NCBI GenBank assembly: GCA_029258915.1
Contig: JAPDJU010000005.1
Span: forward strand, 265,797-329,796
Direction of reading: 5' to 3'
DNA length: 64,000 bases
DNA from: Thermoproteota archaeon
Lineage (GTDB): Archaea; Thermoproteota; Thermoprotei_A; EX4484-217-1
Below, piece by piece: positions 21,371-31,500 of the stretch. A program made the position numbers and the translations under genes. Position 1 is the stretch's first letter. Every line of letters starts with the position of its first letter. The notes beneath the pieces are model-generated. The model ran no database searches. It saw only the letters and a list, made by a program, of their open reading frames with translations, and was not told where the DNA came from.

Positions 21371-21384
21371 TTAGATAAACCTAA
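21371..21384. promoter_or_regulatory. Putative DtxR/MntR operator (TTAG-N6-CTAA)
   Basis: TTAGATAAACCTAA just upstream of the DtxR-family gene; adjacent inverted repeat AGTTAC-CTAT-GTAACT at 21352-21367. Confidence 0.45.
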
Positions 21385-21403
21385 CTTTGATAAATTGTTG
21401 AAG

Positions 21404-21712
21404 CTATTTTAGTACAAATACTATAGGTTTCTTTATGTTTTTGAACATTTCCTCTAAGTTTAAAGAATCATACAACACGTTAATATTAGTGATTAGTGAA
21501 GATATCACCACAATATCATCATATTTTATGTTTTCTTTGCTAGTAAAGGGTCTGATAGAGTCTACTCTGAACGTTATCTTCTTAAGAACGTCTATTATTT
21601 TACGTACCTCAAGATCAGGTTTATAATATATTCTCAATGTACAATGGATATTCCTACAAATATCTTTAAGAACGTTAATTAGATTTTCTTCATTAAGGTC
21701 GTTAATTATCAC
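21404..21712 (-). CDS. Hypothetical protein
   Basis: 102-aa ORF in a co-oriented run. Confidence 0.5.
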   Translation of the reverse strand: MIINDLNEENLINVLKDICRNIHCTLRIYYKPDLEVRKIIDVLKKITFRVDSIRPFTSKENIKYDDIVVISSLITNINVLYDSLNLEEMFKNIKKPIVFVLK

Positions 21713-21744
21713 AGTTACATTGTACGTTACAGTATTATCATTGT

Positions 21745-22050
21745 TTATGGTTCCAGCACCTTAGGAAATTTTCTTACATATATTTTAGTTTGAGGCGATA
21801 TATTTTTCAACATGGCTATTACTTTCATTAACTGTTCATTATTGTTATTAATTAGCGGATTTACATGAACATAACATTCATTTAAGCGCGGCAGTAGATG
21901 AATGCTACAAATTATTTTATTATTATACATTAATAAGTAGTCATAACCATGTAGCCTTATGTAGAAACCTTGTTCTCTTAAAACTGATGCTAATTTTTCC
22001 CTATTTTCTTTTAGCTCTAGGGGGTTTAGGTATGACTTCAACAGTTTCAC
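21745..22050 (-). CDS. Hypothetical protein
   Basis: 101-aa ORF overlapping the 3' end of the TsaC gene. Confidence 0.55.
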   Translation of the reverse strand: MKLLKSYLNPLELKENREKLASVLREQGFYIRLHGYDYLLMYNNKIICSIHLLPRLNECYVHVNPLINNNNEQLMKVIAMLKNISPQTKIYVRKFPKVLEP

Positions 22051-22681
22051 CTAATGCTTTTTCTATTTCTTGCGGGCTTATAGGCCCTATTCTAATTATC
22101 TTCACGGTGTCTCGGGTAATGTCAACTATCGTTGAAGGTACTCCACCAGGCGAGGGACCCGCATCGAGTATTAAATCCACTTTCCCGTTAAGTATTCTTA
22201 ATGCTTCTTCAGCTGATTTTGATGCTTTAAACCCTGATTTATTAGCACTTGTACCAATAATTGCACCGCCGCATAACTCTATTAGCTTAAGAGTTACTTC
22301 GTAATTCGGTATTCTTAGTCCTATGCCTTTTCTATCTCCCGTGATAATTGATGGTATGTGTTCTTTTTTTCTAACAACTATTGTTAAGGGACCTGGCCAG
22401 AATCTTTTAGCAAGTTTTAAGGCTCTATCATTAAACTCTCCGAAGCTTCTTCCTATATGTAAATCGCTAATTAGAACGGGTAATGGCTTGCTTAAACTTC
22501 TCTCTTTAACTCTGAATACTCTAAGAACAGCTTCCTCATTTAACGGGTCTGCTCCCAGACCATAAACTGTGTCTGTAGGATAAACTATTACCCCGCCAGA
22601 TTTAACGACATTCGCTGCTTTCTTGATAACTTCTATTTCAGGTCTTTTAGGGTCGACCTTTAATATTATAGGTTTAGACAT
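22001..22681 (-). CDS. tsaC: L-threonylcarbamoyladenylate synthase (short TsaC/YrdC type)
   Basis: YPTDTVYGL, KER...KPL, FWPGPLT, TSAN, PSTIVD; lacks C-terminal SUA5 domain. Confidence 0.92.
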   Translation of the reverse strand: MSKPIILKVDPKRPEIEVIKKAANVVKSGGVIVYPTDTVYGLGADPLNEEAVLRVFRVKERSLSKPLPVLISDLHIGRSFGEFNDRALKLAKRFWPGPLTIVVRKKEHIPSIITGDRKGIGLRIPNYEVTLKLIELCGGAIIGTSANKSGFKASKSAEEALRILNGKVDLILDAGPSPGGVPSTIVDITRDTVKIIRIGPISPQEIEKALGETVEVIPKPPRAKRK

Positions 22682-22748
22682 AACGGAACATCTGCACATT
22701 TTTCTTATAATAGAAGTCTATTAGTTTTTCCTAAAGAAGTTTTAAGAA

Positions 22749-22823
22749 GCCGCGCGCAATACATCATTGCCTCTAGCTCATCCCTTGTAAGCCTCTCCAT
22801 AGCTTTGCTCGGCAGCGCGCGGC
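22749..22823 (-). ncRNA. GC-clamped structured RNA candidate
   Basis: Perfect 9-bp GCCGCGCGC/GCGCGCGGC terminal stem with inner TGCC/GGCA and AGCT/AGCT stems in AT-rich intergenic DNA; TATA-like element ~25 nt upstream on minus strand. Confidence 0.5.
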
Positions 22824-22865
22824 ATAAATTTATATGTTCCACATAGCTTATATTGTTAATGCTAA

Positions 22866-22913
22866 ATGATGAACGCTTTTCAACCTAGAAGTGAGGAGGG
22901 ATCAACTGGCTGA
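22866..22913 (+). ncRNA. C/D-box sRNA; D guide complementary to 16S rRNA 5' end
   Basis: ATGATGA - ACGCTTTTCAACC - TAGA - GTGAGGA - GGGATCAACTGG - CTGA; D guide pairs with conserved archaeal CCGGUUGAUCCU (G:U allowed). Confidence 0.8.
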
Positions 22914-22916
22914 ATA

Positions 22917-24068
22917 TTGGTGGTAGGGGTGTTTAACAGAGAGTACATAATGACCCCTGGTCCTACACCTGTACCTGAAAGAATAATTAAAGCTATTACA
23001 TCGAAAGAAGCCTTGCTACCAGCATACGGTAAAATATATGGTGAAGATTTAGAGCTTGTTAAAAAGCTTGTTGATGCTGATGGTAAAGCTATAATTATAG
23101 GCGGCGGGGCTACCGTAGGGTTAGAAGCAACATTAGCATCATTAATAGACTTTAAGGATAAAGTATTAGCTCTTTCGGCAGGATTTTTTGGTGACGCATT
23201 ATATAAGATGGTTAAATATTATAGTAATAACGTGTATGTTTTAAGAGCTGAAGCTGGAAAAACAGTCAGTGTAAGCGAAATTAAGAAGTTTCTTAATGAG
23301 CATCCTGATACAAAATTCGTTACCTTGACACACTGTGAAACCACAACAGGAGCACTATTTAACCTTGAAGAGATATCAGAAGTTGTTAGAGAGATAAGCG
23401 ATGCGAAGATTATTGTTGACTGTGTTTCTACTGTTGGAGCTGTTCCTATAAGCTTAAGAAAAGGACATGCCGATGCTGTGGTTTTCGGTGTTCAAAAGGT
23501 TCTCAATATGCCACCAGGATTAGCAGTTATCGTGTTGGGAAATAATGCTTTAGAGGTACTGGAGACTAGACAATGTGAAAGTTACTATTTGAATTTGAAA
23601 ATGTGGTTAAACTTTTGGGAGGAACGCGGATATTTACCATCGACACCACCAGTTAATCTGCTTCATGGTCTTAAAGAGGCTATAAATATAATATTTGAGG
23701 AAGGTTTAGAAAATGTGTTTAAAAGACATAAGAAAGTGTCTGAAGTAATTAGAGCATATTTAAAGGAATTAGGTTTAAGACTTGTTATAGAAAATGATAA
23801 TATAGCTTCGCCAACAATTACGGCATTTTATCTTCCTAAAGGAGTTTCAGATAAGCTCTTTATTGAGCATTTATGGAGTAAATTTAGAGTGTTTTTAGCT
23901 AAAACCTACGGTGATCTTGAGGGAAAAGCTATAAGAATAGGACATATGGGTTCTTCAGCAACTATGGACTACGTCTACATAACCTTAATAGCTATAACAT
24001 CAACACTAAAGAACCTAAATTTAGTTCCCTCTTTAAGACACATTCCCGTAGAATACTTTACTTTTTAA
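22917..24068 (+). CDS. Class V PLP-dependent aminotransferase (serine-pyruvate/alanine-glyoxylate family)
   Basis: MTPGPTPVP, THCETTTG, VDCVS, GVQKVLNMPPG (PLP Lys), RIGHMG. Confidence 0.92.
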   Translation: MVVGVFNREYIMTPGPTPVPERIIKAITSKEALLPAYGKIYGEDLELVKKLVDADGKAIIIGGGATVGLEATLASLIDFKDKVLALSAGFFGDALYKMVKYYSNNVYVLRAEAGKTVSVSEIKKFLNEHPDTKFVTLTHCETTTGALFNLEEISEVVREISDAKIIVDCVSTVGAVPISLRKGHADAVVFGVQKVLNMPPGLAVIVLGNNALEVLETRQCESYYLNLKMWLNFWEERGYLPSTPPVNLLHGLKEAINIIFEEGLENVFKRHKKVSEVIRAYLKELGLRLVIENDNIASPTITAFYLPKGVSDKLFIEHLWSKFRVFLAKTYGDLEGKAIRIGHMGSSATMDYVYITLIAITSTLKNLNLVPSLRHIPVEYFTF

Positions 24069-24696
24069 CATAATCTAACGGATGTTTTATCATTTTCTTT
24101 AAAAAAACCCTCCAACCTTTTAAAGTAAGATCCTCAACTATTTTTTCCCAATTAATTCTAATAAGCAATAAAAATAATATCACAGTTGCTACGAGCGAAA
24201 CTATCGCGGCTAAGATTGATGATTCTCCAACGATAAACCTTATAATACCTCCAAAGAGCAAGGCCATGTAAGTGATAAATATTTTACCTATTACCGCAGC
24301 TGCAAAGAACTTAAATGGACTATAACCCATAGCACCTAACGGTATATATAAAATATCGTCAGGTAAAGGTGAAGCTGCGAAAATTAAAACAGCTATAAAA
24401 GCGCTTTTACTAGCAAGCTTCATGAAAAGCTCCATGCTCTCTTTAGTTTTCTCAGGAAGAACTTTTCTCGCAGCAAACCCTATAAGTAGGACTACAACCT
24501 TACCTAATGCTGCACCTATTCCTCCAAGAATAGCTATACCTATTCGAATTGCAGGACTTCCTATGGCTAAGCCGTATTCTACAATAAATATTAGGTAGGG
24601 AATAGTAGAGTAAGGTATAACGTTACCTAGAAAGGACACTATAAATACTCCTAAAGGTCCGTAAATGTAAATGAGCTCTCCTAGTTCTTCAAACAA
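24058..24696 (-). CDS. DedA/VTT-domain membrane protein
   Basis: GAALGK, FAASPLPDD, GKIF; multi-TM. Confidence 0.85.
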   Translation of the reverse strand: MFEELGELIYIYGPLGVFIVSFLGNVIPYSTIPYLIFIVEYGLAIGSPAIRIGIAILGGIGAALGKVVVLLIGFAARKVLPEKTKESMELFMKLASKSAFIAVLIFAASPLPDDILYIPLGAMGYSPFKFFAAAVIGKIFITYMALLFGGIIRFIVGESSILAAIVSLVATVILFLLLIRINWEKIVEDLTLKGWRVFLKKMIKHPLDYVKK

Positions 24697-24823
24697 TAAG
24701 CAAACCCCGTTTAAGCATGCTTAAGTATAGTAGTCGTGAACATACTATGTTGAAACTAATACTTATAAACATTCTTTTAATGAATATAAACTTAATACGC
24801 TAGACTACTAATTCTATTTGTGG

Positions 24824-24879
24824 ATGATGAGTTTTTGGGGAGAATGAGAAAAGATGATAGGATGCGGTTACCCGTCTGA
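24824..24879 (+). ncRNA. C/D-box sRNA candidate
   Basis: ATGATGA - GTTTTTGGGGAGA - ATGA - ATGATAG (C'-like) - GATGCGGTTACCCGT - CTGA, between convergent/tandem genes. Confidence 0.7.
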
Positions 24880-24881
24880 CT

Positions 24882-25583
24882 TTATGTTATAGGATATTTT
24901 GATAGCAATTTCTCTGCTTCTTCAACATCCTTATGCGTATCTATACTCTTCCAAAGCACATCAGTATAAATTACCGCTTTCAATAATCTCTTTTCTGCAA
25001 GAATAGGGAAAGCTGTTTGTTCTATATCGCCTTTTTCAGGTAAATGTTCAAATATTTTAGGTGTTAAACAATAAACACCGGCGTTTATCCAATATTCTCT
25101 AAGCACAGGTTTCTCTACGAAACTAAGTATTTCCCCCGATCTGGGATCAAACCTTATTATTCCATAAGGGGACTTTAAAGGAACAACTGCAATAGCACCT
25201 ACAACATTACCTGATACTGCATCACTTAATTTTTTAAGGTTTAAACTTGTTATTATATCACCGTTTAATACATAAAAGTACTTTTCATTTTTAAGAACAT
25301 GCTCAGCATTTTTAAGGCCTCCAGCGGTGCCCAGTGGTTCGTCCTCTACAACATAGCCTACTCTAACACCATATCTTTTACCACTACCTATTTCTTCTAT
25401 TATTTTCTCCTTCAAATAACCTACAGCTAAAATCACTTCATTTATACCGCCTTTTCTAAGCCACTCAAACTGCCATGCCAGAATAGGTTTACCTTTAATT
25501 TCGATAAGGGGCTTCGGTTTTTCCTGAGTTAAGGGTCTTAATCTTTTGCCAAAACCACCAGCTAAGATTAGTGCCTTAACCAT
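24882..25583 (-). CDS. Nucleotidyltransferase (sugar-1-phosphate NTP transferase family)
   Basis: LAGGFGKRLRPLT..KPKPL, EPLGTAG, NGD, EKP, INAGVY. Confidence 0.92.
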   Translation of the reverse strand: MVKALILAGGFGKRLRPLTQEKPKPLIEIKGKPILAWQFEWLRKGGINEVILAVGYLKEKIIEEIGSGKRYGVRVGYVVEDEPLGTAGGLKNAEHVLKNEKYFYVLNGDIITSLNLKKLSDAVSGNVVGAIAVVPLKSPYGIIRFDPRSGEILSFVEKPVLREYWINAGVYCLTPKIFEHLPEKGDIEQTAFPILAEKRLLKAVIYTDVLWKSIDTHKDVEEAEKLLSKYPIT

Positions 25584-25751
25584 TACACACACCTCTTTAA
25601 TGATTTCTTCAGTAAGGGACTGCATATACTACTATAATGTTACATACTTAAATAGATATTTTAAATTTCGCTAAGAAATCATTTAAAGCAGTTGCGAGGA
25701 AAGATAAATACTTTTATGTAACTATATGTTTCTAGGCTAAAATGTAGAGAT

Positions 25752-26480
25752 ATGGGTGTAGATTCCGTGGAAAAGCTGAGCCGAGTAATTGAAGTTTCGA
25801 AAAAATATGAGAAGAAACTATCTCATTTGTGGCCTGTGATTATAGGTTTATACTTCATTCTTTCAATAATAGTTTCTATATCAAACTTTCTTAAAATGAC
25901 GGGAATAGGTTACGGTATTTTAGAGGAAGCACTAACACCAGTTACATGGTCTATCTATGGTTTAGGTATTTTAGCCGTATATTTCACATATCTCATAGTT
26001 CATAGAAGAAACTGGCATTTCGCTAAAATGTATTTTATATTTTCTGAACTACTAAATCACCTTAGTTTTAAGCCTTTACCTGAAAATCTCAAGGCAAAAT
26101 GTTTGGTATTAAAAGATCTTCTAAGAGATATTAAAGAGGAAGAAAAGCCTAGAAACATTTTCATATGGATCATTGCCTCAGCTATATCGTTTGGTTTTTT
26201 CGGCATCTTAGCTTCATATATTATACATAGAGATCTACATAAACATTCTATGAGAGAGGAGCGAATAATAGATGTTTTAAGTGAACTATCAGTATTTGAA
26301 GCTAATGCTGAAATACATGTTGTTAAGAAAAGAAGCATAGCTCATCTATTATTAGCTATACTTAGCGCTGGCCTTTATGCTCCAATATGGATTTACATGT
26401 TCATTAATGACTTTAATAAGCATATCGAAGAACATAAAATATTAGATGAACATTTAAAAAGATTTTTAGAAAGAACGTAG
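25752..26480 (+). CDS. Membrane protein (DUF4234-like repeats)
   Basis: TM helices with internally repeated unit ending DLHKH / DFNKH. Confidence 0.65.
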   Translation: MGVDSVEKLSRVIEVSKKYEKKLSHLWPVIIGLYFILSIIVSISNFLKMTGIGYGILEEALTPVTWSIYGLGILAVYFTYLIVHRRNWHFAKMYFIFSELLNHLSFKPLPENLKAKCLVLKDLLRDIKEEEKPRNIFIWIIASAISFGFFGILASYIIHRDLHKHSMREERIIDVLSELSVFEANAEIHVVKKRSIAHLLLAILSAGLYAPIWIYMFINDFNKHIEEHKILDEHLKRFLERT

Positions 26481-26484
26481 TGTT

Positions 26485-27618
26485 TTATGGTGTGTGCTTG
26501 GCTTCTTTAGCTTTCTTTTTCATAGCTTTTATCGCTTCAACTTCCTCTGTTAAACCATAAAATGAAGCTATAAACTTTAGAGCGTTTCTCTTCTTTCTCC
26601 TATCAAATTTTACTATTTTTGTCCATCTTTCTTCAGGTAATGGTTTATATTCTATATAGTCCTTTTCTACAGCAGTTTTCCATAGTTTTTCTCCTTTATC
26701 ATTCATTATTAATACAGCATTCCATCCTATTAGCCCAAGAGCGCCGACAGTTATGTCCGAATAGTAAGATAAGAACTCTGGACAGTGTCTGCATGCAGGT
26801 GTTAGGAATTTAGCAGCATCTTTTAATGAGTATTCCACGGTTTTACCGTCCTTTAGGTAGAAGTAGAATTTAGCTTTAATATTCTTTTTAACAACGTCTT
26901 CAGGCTTCACTCCTGCTGACTTCATCATTTCCATCATTTTACTCCATTGCCAATTTTCTGAGCACATAATGCTTACGGTGTATTCTATTTTGTTAACAAA
27001 TTTCCTTAAACCAATTTCTCTAGCTCTTTGGATAGCTCTTATTTGACATGGTAAGCCAACTGTAAGAACTCTACTAAGCTCGGGATGAGTGTAAGCAAGT
27101 GTTTCGAGCAGGTGATTTACCGGGCTATAAACGTATTTACTTCCAGCAGCTTTTATAACGTCTTCCTTGGTTTTGGCAATTATAGGTACAGGTCTCCAAA
27201 ATTCATCTCTAGCAACAAGAAATGCTGCATCTATAAGCTCCTCTTCTAAAGCTGCTATTATCAGTGTTGATGTTATTCCACCATCCTGGGATACCTTACC
27301 TAAAGCCTCTATTTTAGTTCTCGCCAAGTATTTTTCTTTAGGTACTGGCGGTTCAATAAATAACTCTTTCTTCATAGCTACATGAGGACACATCATTGAA
27401 CATAAGCTACAGTATACGCAGGCTTCCTCTGTTATTACTGGATGATCCGGTTCTTCGAAAATGTAGTTAACTGCTTTTGAAGGGCATACTGCAGTACATG
27501 AGCCGCAGTAAGAGCATAAATCAGCATTTATTATTTCAAATACGTTTACTGGAATTACCTGGCTGAAAGGGCCTCGATATGTGTAGAATCTTATCTTAGG
27601 TGTTGTCATGTATAACAC
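26485..27618 (-). CDS. Coenzyme F420 hydrogenase/dehydrogenase beta subunit family protein (FrhB/FpoF-like) with 2x[4Fe-4S] domain
   Basis: CSYCGSCTAVCP, CVYCSLCSMMCP, QDGGI, GSKY, GLPCQ, MCSEN, CRHC, DITVG. Confidence 0.9.
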   Translation of the reverse strand: MLYMTTPKIRFYTYRGPFSQVIPVNVFEIINADLCSYCGSCTAVCPSKAVNYIFEEPDHPVITEEACVYCSLCSMMCPHVAMKKELFIEPPVPKEKYLARTKIEALGKVSQDGGITSTLIIAALEEELIDAAFLVARDEFWRPVPIIAKTKEDVIKAAGSKYVYSPVNHLLETLAYTHPELSRVLTVGLPCQIRAIQRAREIGLRKFVNKIEYTVSIMCSENWQWSKMMEMMKSAGVKPEDVVKKNIKAKFYFYLKDGKTVEYSLKDAAKFLTPACRHCPEFLSYYSDITVGALGLIGWNAVLIMNDKGEKLWKTAVEKDYIEYKPLPEERWTKIVKFDRRKKRNALKFIASFYGLTEEVEAIKAMKKKAKEAKHTP

Positions 27619-27728
27619 CTAGTAAGGACTATGTTAAATCATTCAGCATATATTGTTTAAAGTATTTTTCTATATTAGAATCTAAAGAATATTTAGATAA
27701 CTATTGAATCTATCCTGTTTTGAAACTT

Positions 27729-28511
27729 TTATGGTTCGAATTTTAAAAGATTATTGTTCGTAATTTCACCTTGTTTATTCTTTGTCCTCTCTTGTATACT
27801 AAGTATCTTCTTAAGTACCTTAGTAGGTGTTTTGAAAACTTCTAATGCAATGGTGTATATGTACTTATCGCTTGGAAGGTTCTTAGCTGCACCTATTCTA
27901 ACAGCCATAGCTCTTTTTAATGCTTCCTTCATTAGTTTGTTTCTAATCTCTCCTTTAGCTATTGCTTCAGCAACACGGAAGGCTATGTAAAATTTCTTAT
28001 AGTTGGTAATTGGCTGTTCGTATTCAGGGTATTCTGATGACACTTTATTCAGGAAAGCTGAAAAAATATTTTCATTTACAAATCCTAAAACAACGCCAGT
28101 AAATGGTACTCTCAATATCTTTATTAATTGTTCCTTAGATATGTCTCCAAGAGCGTGTCTTAAACGCACATTACCTATCCCTTGTTCTTTCATTTTTAAA
28201 AGAATATCGTCGATTTTAGATTCTTGCATTAGAGGTCCATTGAATATTTCAGGAAATTCTTTAAATAAACCTAAGCCATATTTTCCAATAAAGTATAGGC
28301 TTGAAAGCTCTTTTTCAAAAATGTCCGGTGGTCTAACTTTACCTCTTAAAGGCTCTATTCTCCTTTTAAAGTACTCTGCCATAAGTAAATCTATTATCTC
28401 TTCTCTTGTCCAGTCTCTTCTGTTTGACGATGTTATTTCGCTCCAAACTTTAATTAGTGCCTCTATTCTACTTCTGTAGGGGTTATTCTTTGCTATGTTC
28501 TCAACCCCCAA
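27729..28511 (-). CDS. Conserved crenarchaeal protein (DUF2192-like)
   Basis: PLRGK..PPDIFEKELSSLY..GKYGLG and FYIAFRVAEAIAKGEIR recalled from DUF2192 family. Confidence 0.7.
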   Translation of the reverse strand: MGVENIAKNNPYRSRIEALIKVWSEITSSNRRDWTREEIIDLLMAEYFKRRIEPLRGKVRPPDIFEKELSSLYFIGKYGLGLFKEFPEIFNGPLMQESKIDDILLKMKEQGIGNVRLRHALGDISKEQLIKILRVPFTGVVLGFVNENIFSAFLNKVSSEYPEYEQPITNYKKFYIAFRVAEAIAKGEIRNKLMKEALKRAMAVRIGAAKNLPSDKYIYTIALEVFKTPTKVLKKILSIQERTKNKQGEITNNNLLKFEP

Positions 28512-28569
28512 TATTTCAGATACTACATATTCATTCGTAGTAAATGCGAGTGTGTTAATTTAGTTGCTC

Positions 28570-31500
28570 TTATTTCTCACAAAGATTTTTAAGGATAAAG
28601 GTTCCCGTAGGGTATGTTACACCAGATTTCTTAGCTCTAACTATGATACTACATGTTTCTCTGTAAAATTCATTTAAAACTTTCGTTATATCTTCTTTAC
28701 CTAGTTCTACTTGATCTATTACTTCTTGCAATTTTCTAGTTCTTTCCTCACTTATTAGTTCACTAAAGTTTTCAATTAGGTATTTAAATACCCGTTTTCC
28801 TCTCTTTGTTGCCACCAGTTTTCCTCTACTTACTTCAACTATGTATCCTCTTTTTCTAAGAATATTTAGTATTTTAGCGTATGTTGATGGTCTACCTATT
28901 TTTCTTGCTTTCATCTCCTCTACGACTTCACCATAGGTATATAGTGGATATTCAGGTATTGTTCTTACATGTATTTCTTCTATCTCATATTCTCCACTAC
29001 CTATTTTTCTTGCTTCTTCCAAAACCAGTGGTTTCGTTAGTTTAAAGAATCCCTGTTCCACTATTTCCGTTGTGAACGTAAATTCCTTTGTAAAATCTTC
29101 GAATCTTAAAGTAAAAGTTTTCTTTATGACCTTAGCTGGCATCATTTGGCTTATTATAAATCTTCTAAATACTATGTCATATAACCTGTAATCTTCAGGT
29201 CTCAAGGGAACAGCTAATCTAAGAATACCTGCTGCTCTCAAAGACCTAATTTGCCTTGAATCAAGAGGTCTTGTTGGTCTTATACATTCATGTGCCCCCG
29301 GTTTTTCCCATTTTCTAGCTTTAAAATATTTTTCTCCGTACACTCTTATAATGTAGTCTTTGGCTAAACCTATACCTAAAGTACTAACGGTTGTACTGTC
29401 TGTTCTATGATATGTTATTAATCCTGCTTCGAAGAGTCTTTGAGCAGAATTCATAATTTTAGGTGCTGATAGGCCTAAAATTCTGGAGCCTTCAGCAAGC
29501 ATCGTATCGGTAGTGTGTGGTGGCGGCGGGTTAACTTCTACTATTTCTTCTCTAACATTTTCTACTATTATTTTCCCATGTTCACGTATTTTTTCAGCTA
29601 AACCTTTTGGAGCTTTAAATGTTAATTTTAGGTTTATGTCTTTAAGCTTAATAGTTATGAGTTCTGCCTTTTTCCTGTTTTTCAACGTTCTATCGACAAT
29701 CCATCCTAGTACTGGTGTTTGCACTCTTCCAGCTGAAAGCCAATGCATGTTAAATTCTTTCCATAATATAGGGCTTAGGCTAAACCCTATCCATCTATCT
29801 TCAATTCTCCTAACAATTTGAGCTTTAACCATGTTATGGTCTATTGATGATAGACTTTTTAGCGCTTCAATTAATCCTCTCCTTGTCACTTCATGGAATC
29901 TTATGCGCCAAATGTTTCTATTGAGCGGTTTTAAAAGTAGTATTACATCCCACGCTATTTTTTCTCCTTCACTATCAGGATCGGTGCCTACAAGGATTTC
30001 ATCTACTTGAGAAGCAAGCTGCCTTAAAGCCTTAATTACAGGTTTGCTCTCAACTAAAACTTTACCTCCACAATATGGGCATGCGGTTTCTTCTTCAGGA
30101 ACATCTCTTCCACATCTTATACATCTTTTAATAGGTTTGTAAATAGGTTGAAAAACACCGTTTGTAACATTTACTCCGAAAAGTCCTTTGTCACTTACAA
30201 GGTCTAAGATGTGGCCTCCTGTAGCTGTTATTATCATTAATCTGTCTTCAGTCATTACCTCAAATGTTTGAAGGGTTCCAATGGTTTTCCTTGTGGGTCT
30301 TCCAAAAAGCCTAGCTATGGTTCTGGCCTTATTAGGTGACTCTACAATAAAGAGTGTTGTCTTCATTAGTTCTCTTTCTTTAGTTTTAAGCTTTCCTTCT
30401 AAGGCTAGTCTAACTTTTCTTCTATCTTCATCTACTTCCTTCATTAGCTTATCTATATTTACTTCATCGTAATGTTTGAATTCCACGGTTTCAAGAAGCC
30501 ATTTAAGATTTCTTATAAGCGCGTTAAACGCTTTTATTTCATCAATAACTAATACGCTTACTCCTTTAGTTATACCGCCAACATATAATCTGCTTGTTCT
30601 ACCGCTTGCTTGTATGTAAGCTGTGGCATCAGGTATTATGAAGAAGTATTCTCCGGCTTTTTCTCCAAACGTTATTGTTCGGCTTCTTCTAAGTCTTTCT
30701 TTAACCTCTTCGTCTTTTAACACCTCGTTAAGGAAGTTAAGCGCGTCTTCGGCAACCTTTCTTACAAATTCAGGAAAACCGGTGAGTGATCTCCCTGTTT
30801 TCAAAGCTTCTCTTACGGCTTCTAATGTATCTCTAGTTGCTAATCTTACCTTTATTAGACCTCCTAAGACTCTATCAAATTCGTAAGGATATTTTTCGTA
30901 AATAGCGTCTCTAATTTCATTAAGCAGAATTAACCATCTACTTGGATGAAATTCTTCAAAGCTTATTCTAAGCCTAAATTTAGGTACTCCTGTAAAAACA
31001 GCATATCTTACCCTTTCAGGTAAATCTATTCCTCTAGTAAGTGGGCTACGGTACGAAGCTATACCTACTAAAACATCAACATCCCCTGCAATAAATTTCT
31101 CGAAAAGTCTTCTTCTTGTCCCAAGATATGCTTCAGCATTAATACCGTTTTTCTTCAATGTATCTGTTATTTTCTTTACATACTCTGCTCCTTTATCCAT
31201 AGGTACGAAAACTAGACCGCCTGTACCTAGTTTCTTAACAACATTAACTATTGTTTTCTCGAAAAGCTCCTTTGGGGGCTTAATATACATGTCGACTATA
31301 TTTCTCCCTACTTCAATTTTGCCTCCAACAGTGAAGCCGAAGAGTGCATTAAGTATCTTTACTCTTTTTGTTCTTCTAGCTGTTTGTGTTGCTCCACTGA
31401 CTATTACTTGACCTTTAACTTTAAGTCTGACACTAGTTTTTAACTTAGCTGCTTCACTTATTAGTTGTCTTGCTCTTTCAGGGTCTTCTCTTGCAAGCTT

